DNA from: Promethearchaeota archaeon
Lineage (GTDB): Archaea; Asgardarchaeota; Lokiarchaeia; Sigyniarchaeales; SOKP01
Direction: 5' to 3'
DNA: 64,000 nucleotides
Assembly: GCA_013375475.1 (NCBI GenBank)
Contig: JABXKD010000007.1
Location: 1-64,000, forward strand
Shown here: positions 38,434-48,215 of the stretch, in pieces
Layout: each line of letters starts with the position of its first letter
How positions within the stretch are numbered: the stretch's first letter is position 1
The notes under the pieces: model-generated
What the model was told of the DNA's origin: nothing
The model's input: the letters and a program-made list of their open reading frames with translations, nothing else
Databases searched by the model: none
Made by a program: the position numbers and the translations under genes

Positions 38434-39753
38434 ATGATCAATCAAAATCTTTTTATCTTTGAGTTCGTTTCTGGAGGGGGTTATAATCAGTGTGACATGC
38501 CTTCGTCTTTATTTTGCGAAGGTTATGCCATGTTGAGAGTTATTGTAGAAGATTTTAAAAAACTAGGATTCAAGATTTCTATCTTACTAGATAAAAGAAT
38601 TAGCCATTTATCTCGTTATTTAAATTCAGATCTTATACAGTTTGTTAAACCAAAGGAAGACTTTTTGAAAAAATATATTGATTGCGTACGTAAATCAACA
38701 TTCTGTTTTATTATTGCTCCAGAATTTTCAAAACATCTCTATAAATTAACACAAATAGTAAAAGATCATAAAAAAAATCTATTAAGTATAGATTTAAAAG
38801 GTGTTCAGTTGGGAACTTCTAAGTTGGAAACCTACAACTATTTTATAACTAATAAAGTGAACACCCCCAAATCTTATAATATTCCTTTTAAAGCAGGTTT
38901 CATCGACTTAGATTTCCTACTTCAAAAATTTGATCAGCTCGGCAATTCTATTATAATAAAACCCGAAGATGGTGCAGGCTCGGAACTAATATTTCACTTC
39001 GAAGATAAGGAACAAATCCGACTTTTTTTTAAAAACCATAAAGAGACCTTCGATATGGAAAGGAGCTATATAGTTCAGGAATTTATTGAAGGCGATGATT
39101 TAAGTATTTCGATAATTAACAGAACTAACCCTAAAAAAGCGGGAGTTATGGATCAGATAATTCTTAGTATTAACACTCAAATTGTACAAAATTTAGGTCC
39201 CAAAAAAGAATCCATTTATTTAGGAGGTTTTACTCCAATAGAAAATTATGAAGAATTAAGAGATAGATTTGAAAAAATCCTAAAAAACATGGACTTAACC
39301 AGTTTCCATGGATTTTTTGGAATAGATTTCATAAAGAAAGTTGATAATTCCATATTTTTTATTGAAATTAATCCAAGATTAACCACATCCTATATAGGTA
39401 TTAGGAATGTATTGGATTATAATCCCTTAGAAATCCTTTTGAATCAAGATACATCTAAGGTTAAATCAACAAAATTAAAACCAATTTACTTTTCGCATTT
39501 CACTCGATTAGAGTTAAAATACTCTGGAAATAAATCATTCAAGAATATAATGAATGAAATTATTCCTAATTTAATGAATCTGGTTCCAGAATTAGTAACT
39601 CCTCCCATTGCATTTCAGAATTCGAAAACCAGCAAAGACCTGATATACTCTTGTTTTATCTCAACCAAGGCAAAGAATTTAAAATCATCGAATAAAAGAA
39701 TCTCTCAAATATTAACAATTTTTAATAATTTTAATTTTAGCGTAATTAAATAG
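38434..39753 (+). CDS. ATP-grasp ligase (MfnD / tyramine--L-glutamate ligase-like)
   Basis: IFEFVSGGG...EGYAML, IIAPE, IKPEDGAGS, QEFIEG, IEINPRLTTSY. Confidence 0.8.
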   Translation: MINQNLFIFEFVSGGGYNQCDMPSSLFCEGYAMLRVIVEDFKKLGFKISILLDKRISHLSRYLNSDLIQFVKPKEDFLKKYIDCVRKSTFCFIIAPEFSKHLYKLTQIVKDHKKNLLSIDLKGVQLGTSKLETYNYFITNKVNTPKSYNIPFKAGFIDLDFLLQKFDQLGNSIIIKPEDGAGSELIFHFEDKEQIRLFFKNHKETFDMERSYIVQEFIEGDDLSISIINRTNPKKAGVMDQIILSINTQIVQNLGPKKESIYLGGFTPIENYEELRDRFEKILKNMDLTSFHGFFGIDFIKKVDNSIFFIEINPRLTTSYIGIRNVLDYNPLEILLNQDTSKVKSTKLKPIYFSHFTRLELKYSGNKSFKNIMNEIIPNLMNLVPELVTPPIAFQNSKTSKDLIYSCFISTKAKNLKSSNKRISQILTIFNNFNFSVIK

Positions 39754-40642
39754 CAAGTAGTAGGATAATTGAAAATCCTCCATAGTGAACCAAGAGTGAT
39801 ACTATTAATGAATTTTCAATTTTTAATTTTTTATTTACGCTTAAATTGTACGTTAATAACCAAAGAGCCCATACTTGAAATAAAATCATAAGTATATTAT
39901 CAATAATTTTAATGGAAGTGAAATCGAAAGAACCCGTAAAGATTAGGATAAAACGCAAACATAAATAAATATCTAACGGGAATAAAATAATTGCAAAAGA
40001 GGTCAAAAATCTCAAAGAATTCTCTTTCTTTTTATAAAAAATTCGACAAATACCTTCGTTAATTAGATAATAAAAAAACAAATTACCTATAAAAGCAAGA
40101 GAGAGTAGTATCTTAAAAGCTAAATCAATCAAATCGATACTAATTAGGGACTCACCAAAAAATAATAAAAACGGAAACAAGCCATTTAATCCACATAGTA
40201 TAGCACCAATCAATGTTATTATAATTGAAATTATTACGATCTGATATGTTGTATTGCTCTCGTAGTTAATGTATTTTTTTGGAGTTAGAAGCATTAAACC
40301 TTTTAAAATTGGAGAATTAAATTCTTTCTTGCTGAAATCAGGAGTAATTATGTCATCTATATTGTCTTTTAACGAATTATATGCGTGAAGGCCTAATTCC
40401 GTTAGATAATATTTCTTATCATCTCGCTGTACTATTAGTTTAGATAATGTGTCTAGATGATGGTAAATAGTGCCTGTGCTTACTTTCAATTCTTTTTTAA
40501 AATAGGTAAACGAGGAGTATTTATTTTCTCCAATGATAGTTATAATTTTTCTCCTCAGTTCATGACCTAAAGCGTAGTAATAATTAGCTTCAGCACTATT
40601 AGGTTCAATGTTTTTTTTTTGAATTTTTTCTTTTTCTTTAAT
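39746..40642 (-). CDS. ArsR-type wHTH fused to a multi-TM domain (apparent ATT start)
   Basis: Frame is open upstream of the track's 40489 start and encodes YYALGHELRRKIITIIG...SFTYFKKELKVSTGTIYHHL. No ATG/GTG/TTG lies upstream; gggag is ~6 nt before ATT 40642. Confidence 0.75.
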   Translation of the reverse strand: MKEKEKIQKKNIEPNSAEANYYYALGHELRRKIITIIGENKYSSFTYFKKELKVSTGTIYHHLDTLSKLIVQRDDKKYYLTELGLHAYNSLKDNIDDIITPDFSKKEFNSPILKGLMLLTPKKYINYESNTTYQIVIISIIITLIGAILCGLNGLFPFLLFFGESLISIDLIDLAFKILLSLAFIGNLFFYYLINEGICRIFYKKKENSLRFLTSFAIILFPLDIYLCLRFILIFTGSFDFTSIKIIDNILMILFQVWALWLLTYNLSVNKKLKIENSLIVSLLVHYGGFSIILLLAI

Positions 40643-40660
40643 ATCTAACTCCCTTCTTAC

Positions 40661-41065
40661 TTATTTTTCTTTAGTTAAGAGGATGTTTAAAATGTCGAAA
40701 AAAACTAAAATTGATCCGATTATTGAAAAATAAAAACCAAGTGCGTTGGGAAGATAAAGTAATTCTTCAGGAATGATCCTAAAAGCAAAGACTAAAAAGA
40801 ATCCAAGCCCTATGAAATTAATTATTACAGAGTTTATTCTATATTCAATGTTAGATATGATAACAATAGTCCCAATTAAACATATTATTCCACAAATTAA
40901 TGGGAATAGATATAGAAAGGAATCTCCGATTGGAACGATCGTTTTGATGATAAAAATATCTAATAGTGTTTGATTAGAAAACCAAGGTATAAATTGGGAT
41001 AGTATCAATAATATCGAACCAGCTAACCCTAATAACCGGAAATCTAAATACTTTTTGAGGTTCAT
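40661..41065 (-). CDS. 4-TM membrane protein
   Basis: Hydrophobic ORF with SQFIPWF motif. Confidence 0.7.
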   Translation of the reverse strand: MNLKKYLDFRLLGLAGSILLILSQFIPWFSNQTLLDIFIIKTIVPIGDSFLYLFPLICGIICLIGTIVIISNIEYRINSVIINFIGLGFFLVFAFRIIPEELLYLPNALGFYFSIIGSILVFFDILNILLTKEK

Positions 41066-41184
41066 AGTTTATCAAATTTGTGAATTAATTATTATATAAA
41101 CATTCAAATAGTATAAAAAAAAATACTAATATTAATTTAAGTCTTAAAATACATTTAATAAAAAACCATTATTTATTTAATGTC

Positions 41185-42576
41185 ATGTCATCAGAAAAAG
41201 ATAACGAAGTCGATTTAGATTCGATCCCTCTTTTTGATTATTTGAAAAAGGCTATACCAGTAGAGGAACTTAGGGATTTCTCCTCCTCAAGGAGAATTGG
41301 AAGCATAGATTTTGTCAAGGGTATAGCAATAGTTTTTATAATGCTGGCTCATACAGCTGGAGCGTGGTTTATTCCTTCTTGGAGGTTTCTTTACGGCCTT
41401 TTATTTTCCTTTCTTGACATTCTTGGACCTTCGTTGTTCGTTTTCTTGTCAGCTCTAAGCGTTGTCTTTAGTATTCGTAGAAGAAAAACATCCACAAGTG
41501 AAAAAGTAATAAGAAATAGGATATTTTCGCGAGGATTAATGATAATGGTAATAGCAGTTATATTTAATTTAATTTCTATAGAGTTTACAATACCGGGTTA
41601 TTCCTTTCCTGCTACCTTATGGGGTTGGAACATCCTGATGTTCATCGGTGCTTCTCAAATTTTTTCTTATTACGCGCTCAAATTTAGTAAAGTCACTAGA
41701 GCTATTATCGGATTGGTTATTATTTTTACTTCTGACGCTATTAGGCAATTTCTTTTTCAAGGAAAAGAAACGAATCCATTAATCTGGGTTTTACATTACA
41801 TTATAACTTCTCCTTCGCCTATGACACCATTTTTACCTTGGATTTCAATTTGCTTTATATCTTCTATATTTGGAGAATATCTGTACGAGGCTATGATAGG
41901 TGGAACTAAAAAAGATTATCGCAAGTTGTTTCGTACATTCTTTTATTGGGGGATTTTTTTAGTTCTTATAGGCATTTTTCTAGGTAGAAATTCCTATATA
42001 CCTGGAACTGATTTCATAGCTGCTACTGATATTACGATTGGTACCCTGCCTTTAAGTGAATACCCTCACTTAATGCTTTTTGATGACACGAATTGGCCAA
42101 CTTATATACATAATATTACATATCCTGGTATGTGGGAATTTTTAATAAGGGGAAGAGCTCCCAACATGATATATAATTTAGGGGCTGCCCTTCTTCTCAT
42201 TGCGGTGTGTTTCTATATCGTAGATATAAAAAGAAAAATGAATATTTTTATATCGATGATGAATTATTACGGAAAAGTTTCACTCAGCTTGTTTTTACTA
42301 CACTTTGTTTTTATAACTCTATTTTTGAATTCCCTAGATTTCATTACTTATGTCTTTGTAGTTTTCGGCTATCTTGGGTTTTGGGGTTTTGTAATGTATA
42401 TTTGGAACGAGTTTTATAACGGTGTAGGCTCACCAGAATGGATTATAGTTCAAGTCGGGAGAATCGGACAAAAAACAGGAAAAACAGTCAAGAAGGAAAT
42501 TTTAGTAATCGAAGAAGAAATAAAAGAAACGGTTCAAAAGATTAAAAAAGACCGGAAAGAAGACTCAAAAAACTAG
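41185..42576 (+). CDS. HGSNAT/DUF1624-family membrane protein
   Basis: RRIGSIDFVKGIAIVFIMLAH, WGWNILMFIG. Confidence 0.8.
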   Translation: MSSEKDNEVDLDSIPLFDYLKKAIPVEELRDFSSSRRIGSIDFVKGIAIVFIMLAHTAGAWFIPSWRFLYGLLFSFLDILGPSLFVFLSALSVVFSIRRRKTSTSEKVIRNRIFSRGLMIMVIAVIFNLISIEFTIPGYSFPATLWGWNILMFIGASQIFSYYALKFSKVTRAIIGLVIIFTSDAIRQFLFQGKETNPLIWVLHYIITSPSPMTPFLPWISICFISSIFGEYLYEAMIGGTKKDYRKLFRTFFYWGIFLVLIGIFLGRNSYIPGTDFIAATDITIGTLPLSEYPHLMLFDDTNWPTYIHNITYPGMWEFLIRGRAPNMIYNLGAALLLIAVCFYIVDIKRKMNIFISMMNYYGKVSLSLFLLHFVFITLFLNSLDFITYVFVVFGYLGFWGFVMYIWNEFYNGVGSPEWIIVQVGRIGQKTGKTVKKEILVIEEEIKETVQKIKKDRKEDSKN

Positions 42577-42697
42577 CTTTTTTCTAAAAAAATTTTCTTT
42601 GCTATGAAAAAGTTTAAATTTTCACAAGATAAGAATATTTTATAATTTCCAAATAAATTAAAACATCATTTTAAAAAATCAGCTCCATTGATAAAAA

Positions 42698-43984
42698 ATG
42701 TCAATTGAAAACAAATTTGGAACGGCAACGGAATCTCCTCCGTTATTCAATTACCTACAGGAATTAATCCCTTTAGAGGATATCCGAGATTTTGCGTCTC
42801 CAAAACGGATTGGAAGTATTGATTTTGTTAAAGGTTTTGCCATTGTTTTTATAATTTTAGCCCATTCTGCCAATGTTTGGTTAAATGACGAAACTCGTTA
42901 TCTTTATGGACTATTATTTACACTTTTGGATTTTCTTGGACCATCGCTTTTTGTTTTCCTATCTTCTCTTAGCGTGATCTTTAGTATAAAAAACAAACAA
43001 AATATCCTCCCCGCTAAAGTTATTCGTCTAAGGATTTTCTCGCGGGGGATCATGATTATCCTTATAGCCACAATTTACAATATCGTCTCTCTAAGCATAG
43101 AAGGAGTTGATGTTCCTTTCCCATTGAATTTATGGGGTTGGAATATTTTAATGTTTATTGGTTTTTCTCAAATTTTCTCATTTTACGCTTTAAAAATTTC
43201 AAAGCTATATCGTGGAATAATAAGCATTATAATTGTTCTCGTTTCTAATCCAATTAGAGATTTCGTTTTTGTACCTGGATTGGATGATGGTAATTTAATC
43301 ACAATTGCAATTCATTATATCGTAATTGGTCCTAATCCTATGACACCTCTTCTTCCTGGACTCGCTATATGTTTTATCTCAACAATATTTGGTGAGTATT
43401 TATACGAAGCAATGAATAAGGGAACTCATGATGCTTATGTTGGATTATTTCGCATTTTTATGGTATGGAGCGTACTATTAATATTAATTGGAATTGGTCT
43501 TGGATACCGCTTGTATAACCCAGATACAATTATAGGAGGTCACCTCCGCTTCCTTTCCCCAAAAATTGTAGAATATCCAAGTTTGGGATTACTGAGTATA
43601 ATTCAAACAAAAATAGCACTACCCGGAATACCTGAATTTTTAATAAGAGGTAGAGGGCCCAATATGTTATATAATTTGGGAGCAGCATTATTAGTGATTT
43701 CTATAAGCTTCTACTTCATCGATATAAAGAAGAAATATGGAAATTTTGTGAAAATGCTAGTTTACTATGGTAAAGTTTCACTGAGCCTTTTTTTCATTCA
43801 CCAGTTATTTCTTAGTATATTTGATTCGCAATTCAGCATTATGCTCTTTCTTATTAATAATCTGACTTATATTGGCTTTATGGGTTTTTTAATGTATATT
43901 TGGATGGAATATGCTAATGGTGTTGGTAGTCCTGAATGGATAATGGCTGCAATGGGTAAAGTGGGGCAAAAAAAGCGTAAATAA
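42698..43984 (+). CDS. HGSNAT/DUF1624-family membrane protein (tandem paralog)
   Basis: KRIGSIDFVKGFAIVFIILAH; shares GPSLFVFLS, EFLIRGR.PNM and NGVGSPEWI with the upstream paralog. Confidence 0.8.
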   Translation: MSIENKFGTATESPPLFNYLQELIPLEDIRDFASPKRIGSIDFVKGFAIVFIILAHSANVWLNDETRYLYGLLFTLLDFLGPSLFVFLSSLSVIFSIKNKQNILPAKVIRLRIFSRGIMIILIATIYNIVSLSIEGVDVPFPLNLWGWNILMFIGFSQIFSFYALKISKLYRGIISIIIVLVSNPIRDFVFVPGLDDGNLITIAIHYIVIGPNPMTPLLPGLAICFISTIFGEYLYEAMNKGTHDAYVGLFRIFMVWSVLLILIGIGLGYRLYNPDTIIGGHLRFLSPKIVEYPSLGLLSIIQTKIALPGIPEFLIRGRGPNMLYNLGAALLVISISFYFIDIKKKYGNFVKMLVYYGKVSLSLFFIHQLFLSIFDSQFSIMLFLINNLTYIGFMGFLMYIWMEYANGVGSPEWIMAAMGKVGQKKRK

Positions 43985-44199
43985 GTAAATTGCACCTTAA
44001 TTTATTCTGTATTAATTTTTTATTTCTCTATAAAATGCGTATATGGATTAGTATTCGTATTAAGAAAATTATAAATAGTAAAAGTAACAAAATATAAGTA
44101 GGAAATATAGTAAAGTGTTCAAATATAATTTACTATGTTTCTCTTTCTTAAGTTTAATTTGTTATTAATTTATAATCAAAACATGAAAGAATCAATCTA

Positions 44200-44730
44200 T
44201 TGGTGAAACCATTGAGTAATATGTCGTATAAATTTAAAGTGTGCCTATTTGGCCCTGGTGATGTAGGTAAAACATCATTACTTATTAGATACATCAAGGA
44301 TTATTTTAATCCTGACTTAAAACAAACGATAGGTTCAAATTTCCTGATTAAAGATGTGGAAATTGATAAAACAAATGTTAGACTCTTGCTTTGGGATATT
44401 GGTGGGCAGGAGCAATTTGCGAAATTGAGATCTATTTATTTTAAGGGAAGTAATGCCGCTTTTGGAGTATATGATGTAACAAGCCCACAATCTCTTTTAA
44501 AACTACCTGGCTGGGTTAGTAGTATTAAAAAAACCGTGAAAAAAACAATTCCGATGATCATAGTGGGTAATAAGATCGATTTAGAACGCCAAGTTGAAAG
44601 ACAAGAAGCAGAAGATTTAGCAAAACGATTAAACTGCGACTATTTAGAAACATCTGCTAAAACGGGAGAAAAAGTTGAATTAGCTTTTGAACAAATAGCT
44701 CGAGCTTGTATGAGTTCGATTGAAGAATAA
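44200..44730 (+). CDS. Rab-like small GTPase
   Basis: G1 GPGDVGKTS, G2 TIG, G3 WDIGGQE, G4 NKID, G5 ETSAK; no prenylation tail. Confidence 0.93.
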   Translation: MVKPLSNMSYKFKVCLFGPGDVGKTSLLIRYIKDYFNPDLKQTIGSNFLIKDVEIDKTNVRLLLWDIGGQEQFAKLRSIYFKGSNAAFGVYDVTSPQSLLKLPGWVSSIKKTVKKTIPMIIVGNKIDLERQVERQEAEDLAKRLNCDYLETSAKTGEKVELAFEQIARACMSSIEE

Positions 44731-44764
44731 TAGTATTAAAAGGTTGTTTATTTTTACCCTTTTT

Positions 44765-45397
44765 TTAGCTTAAATTTATGTTGTACTTTTGTAATTCTTC
44801 CATTAAATTATCCAATCCTACAAATCTTATTGCATTTATCCCGATTTCTTGAGCTGACCTCACATTATTCAATCCATCGTCGATAAATAAAACTTCTTCT
44901 GGTTTACACCTTGCTTTTTCTAAAGCAAATTCGTACATTTTTGGATCTGGTTTAGTAAAATGTATTTCATGAGAGAGAATAAACTCGTCAAATAGTTCCC
45001 AAATATCCCATTTTTTCTTTTTTAAATATTTCCAATGGCTCGAATTAATATTTGACATACAGATTAATGTAAGATTGTTCGATGACTTGATATTTCTAAT
45101 TAATTCAACCATATCCAAATTAATGTCGCTAAGAATACTATTAAACGATGCATAAAATTGTTTTTGATCAAGCGAACACGCTCCAAGTATTTCACAAGCT
45201 TGTTTATAAAATTCCTCATCTGTAATTTTACCTTGATGATATGTATCTGATTGACGAAAAAATTCTAACATAATATAGGTTTTGGGTTTATTTAAAGGAG
45301 ATGGCGATATTACCTCGTTAAAAAATATACTAAAATCCAGTTCAATAAGAACATCCCCTAAATCAATAATGATACATTTTATTGTCATAAGAGTCAT
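44765..45397 (-). CDS. HAD-family phosphatase
   Basis: DLGDVL, SN, KPDP and FIDD motifs. Confidence 0.9.
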   Translation of the reverse strand: MTLMTIKCIIIDLGDVLIELDFSIFFNEVISPSPLNKPKTYIMLEFFRQSDTYHQGKITDEEFYKQACEILGACSLDQKQFYASFNSILSDINLDMVELIRNIKSSNNLTLICMSNINSSHWKYLKKKKWDIWELFDEFILSHEIHFTKPDPKMYEFALEKARCKPEEVLFIDDGLNNVRSAQEIGINAIRFVGLDNLMEELQKYNINLS

Positions 45398-47467
45398 TTA
45401 CCTTCTAAAATAAATTTTAGTTGAAAATTTTCTGAAAGGTATTGGTAATTTATATTTTGGAAAACTTTTTGTATCTTCTTCAAGCAATTCAATTAATTTT
45501 GATACTTTTATATTGTTTATTTGTTCAGCTGTTGATTTTTTGGGACCAAATGGTTGTCCTATTAATCTTTTACGAATAGAAATATTTTGTTCTTCTTCTT
45601 CATTCTTTCCAATTATAATTGTATAGGGAATCCACTCAATTTCAGATTGTCGGATTTTCTTCCCCAACTTTTCATCCCTATCGTCAAGATCTGCTCGAAA
45701 ACCTGATTTATTTATAATATCTAAAATTTTCTCTGCGTATTTATTTTGATCTTCACTAACAGTAATAATCCTAACTTGTATTGGTGACAACCAAGTTTTG
45801 AATCCAGGGACTGTTCTATCTTTATTTCGAATTGAAGATTCAATTAAACCCCATAAAACCCGCTCTAATCCTCCTGTTGGAGAATTATGAAGAATTATAG
45901 GGTGCTTTACTATTCCATCATTATCTTTAAATGATATATTATATTTTTGTCTCTCTACTCCATCATTATCAACCATTGACTCTAAAGAACTTTCAACATC
46001 TATTTGATTAGTAGCAAGAGTAGCACTTTTGTGTTGCGCTGAGAGCACATTTCTTTCAAATTTAAGAACGTAATAGTAATATCTATCTTCCCATAACTCT
46101 AATAAGGCAGGATTCTTCTCTGATTTAATTAAATTAATAATCCAATCTTTATTTTCCTTATAGAACGCTTGTGTTGCCCTAAATATAACAAAACTCTTTA
46201 TACCTAAATCTCTTTCAAGGTTTTTGATGAGCTCATATTGAAGGATAAACTCATTGATGGAAGATTTCAAATCTTTACAGAGTGTATGAAGATCAGGCAT
46301 AACAAACCCTCTTAATCTCCTCAGTCCAGATAATTCACCTTCCTGTTCTCTCCGAAAATCATATTGTTCGAATTCATATGCTCGTAATGGAAAATATTGT
46401 GGTTTCAAATTCATTTGAGAAAATAAATCAAAGAGTAGAAAATCACTCGCATATCTTAAAAGAAATCTATTTTTACCTGATTCTAACCAATAACTTCTTG
46501 CAGGAAACCGAGCGGTTTGAGCAGTTAATTTTTTATTTTTTACAGTATACATAATTGGAGTTTCTAATAAAATTGCTCCGTAATCGATTAATCTCTCTTC
46601 TATAAAGTTTTTAATTAAGTTTTTCATAATTACGCCTTTAGTATACCACCTAAAATTTCCAGCGTCAGTGTTAGGATCAAAATCAACTAATTCAAATTCT
46701 TTCATCACTTTTATGTGAGACGGTTCGATAGCTTTTTCCACTTTTCTAGAACCTAATTCTGACATTAAAAAGTGTTTAAAACCCTCATCTTCAATTGGTG
46801 AATCAATTTCAGGTAGAATTAGCTTGTTTTCCTTGTCGAATTTTAAATCAATTTCCTCTCCCTCTGTCGTAATGATTTTAAAGACAGAACTTTTTACTTG
46901 TTCTTCTGGTGTTATGGCTAATTTAACATCTCTATACATCTCAGCTACCTCGTGACCAATACAATTGATTTTAAAAGATTTATACCACCCAAATGGAGAA
47001 TAGCTTGCTTCTATACCCTTATCGTTTAAAATCTTAGCTATTTTGGGACAAACTTCCATAGCATTCATCTCATTACTAAGAAATTTACTTAAGTGTGCCC
47101 AAGGATATACTAATACTTTATCAACTCTATATATTGATCTGTCTTTTATTAATTCGAAGAATTTTCTTTGATGTCCTTTAATTTTGCCACTTTCAACTTT
47201 CTTATTATGTTCTCTTACCTCTTCGTTTTTCTGTCTAATATTTTCGGGGAAATTCGTTATTTGAAGTATAGCTTCTTCTATCACTTTAGCTCCCTGATTA
47301 GATATTAAATCTGTATCGTAAGAGTCTTGATCCTCTACGGATACATAAGCAACTAGAATTAACCCATCCATTTTAATTAAACTTTCTGGGAATTCTTGTG
47401 GATTACTCGTTGCTTCCTTATGTTTTGTAACTTCTACTCCTTCAGAGTGGATTAATAAAATTTTCAT
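45398..47467 (-). CDS. thrS: Threonine--tRNA ligase, archaeal type
   Basis: MKILLIHS, YPWAHLS and PFGWYKSF.I.C.GH editing domain; FRREQ.GEL.GL.RLR; anticodon-binding domain. Confidence 0.95.
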   Translation of the reverse strand: MKILLIHSEGVEVTKHKEATSNPQEFPESLIKMDGLILVAYVSVEDQDSYDTDLISNQGAKVIEEAILQITNFPENIRQKNEEVREHNKKVESGKIKGHQRKFFELIKDRSIYRVDKVLVYPWAHLSKFLSNEMNAMEVCPKIAKILNDKGIEASYSPFGWYKSFKINCIGHEVAEMYRDVKLAITPEEQVKSSVFKIITTEGEEIDLKFDKENKLILPEIDSPIEDEGFKHFLMSELGSRKVEKAIEPSHIKVMKEFELVDFDPNTDAGNFRWYTKGVIMKNLIKNFIEERLIDYGAILLETPIMYTVKNKKLTAQTARFPARSYWLESGKNRFLLRYASDFLLFDLFSQMNLKPQYFPLRAYEFEQYDFRREQEGELSGLRRLRGFVMPDLHTLCKDLKSSINEFILQYELIKNLERDLGIKSFVIFRATQAFYKENKDWIINLIKSEKNPALLELWEDRYYYYVLKFERNVLSAQHKSATLATNQIDVESSLESMVDNDGVERQKYNISFKDNDGIVKHPIILHNSPTGGLERVLWGLIESSIRNKDRTVPGFKTWLSPIQVRIITVSEDQNKYAEKILDIINKSGFRADLDDRDEKLGKKIRQSEIEWIPYTIIIGKNEEEEQNISIRKRLIGQPFGPKKSTAEQINNIKVSKLIELLEEDTKSFPKYKLPIPFRKFSTKIYFRR

Positions 47468-47557
47468 ACTATTTTCAACTTTTTATTTTTCTAAATGTTA
47501 TCTAATAAAAAATCCTGATAATTAAATATATTATTACTAAAATATTTATTTATAAGA

Positions 47558-48181
47558 ATGAGGCTTAATAAGATTTTTTCGGAATTATCTGAAACTTTAG
47601 ATAAGTTAGATCAAGATCGAGAGAAAATCTTGAAATTATCTCGTATGATAATAAGGGATTGTAGCATTGCGATTAAAAATATTCATCGAAAGGATTTTGA
47701 TCAATATCACCAAAAACTCCAAAATGTTAAAAAATCCCATAACGAACTGCTAGACTTGGTAAATAACAATCCTGGGGTATTTTTAAAGCATTTAAAGACT
47801 CCAGAACAGGAATATGCTGAAGCTGTAGCGTTTTATTCCATTATATCAAAAGAATCTTTACCCTTACCTAGCGAACTAAATATTATGCCTTTAAATTATG
47901 CACTCGGTCTTGCTGATGTAATTGGGGAATTAAGAAGATATGCTTTAGATAATATTAGGAATTCCATCGTAAAGGATTTAAACTATATTTTAGAAAATAT
48001 GGACGACATTTACACTCATTTATTTTCAATGGATTATCCTTCTGGATTGACTCAAGATTTAAGACATAAAACTGATCAAGCGAGATCTATCATTGAAAAA
48101 ACTAGAGGGGATGTTTCAATATCACTTCAAATGAGCGATTTGAAAAAATGCATGCAAGAAAGCGAAAAAAAACAACCTTAA
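47558..48181 (+). CDS. Translin-family protein
   Basis: REKILKLSR, QEYAEA, Y.LGLADVIGELRR, LRHKTD.AR. Confidence 0.88.
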   Translation: MRLNKIFSELSETLDKLDQDREKILKLSRMIIRDCSIAIKNIHRKDFDQYHQKLQNVKKSHNELLDLVNNNPGVFLKHLKTPEQEYAEAVAFYSIISKESLPLPSELNIMPLNYALGLADVIGELRRYALDNIRNSIVKDLNYILENMDDIYTHLFSMDYPSGLTQDLRHKTDQARSIIEKTRGDVSISLQMSDLKKCMQESEKKQP

Positions 48182-48215
48182 GTATATTGAATAGATTAAA
48201 GAGAGCTGACAAAAA

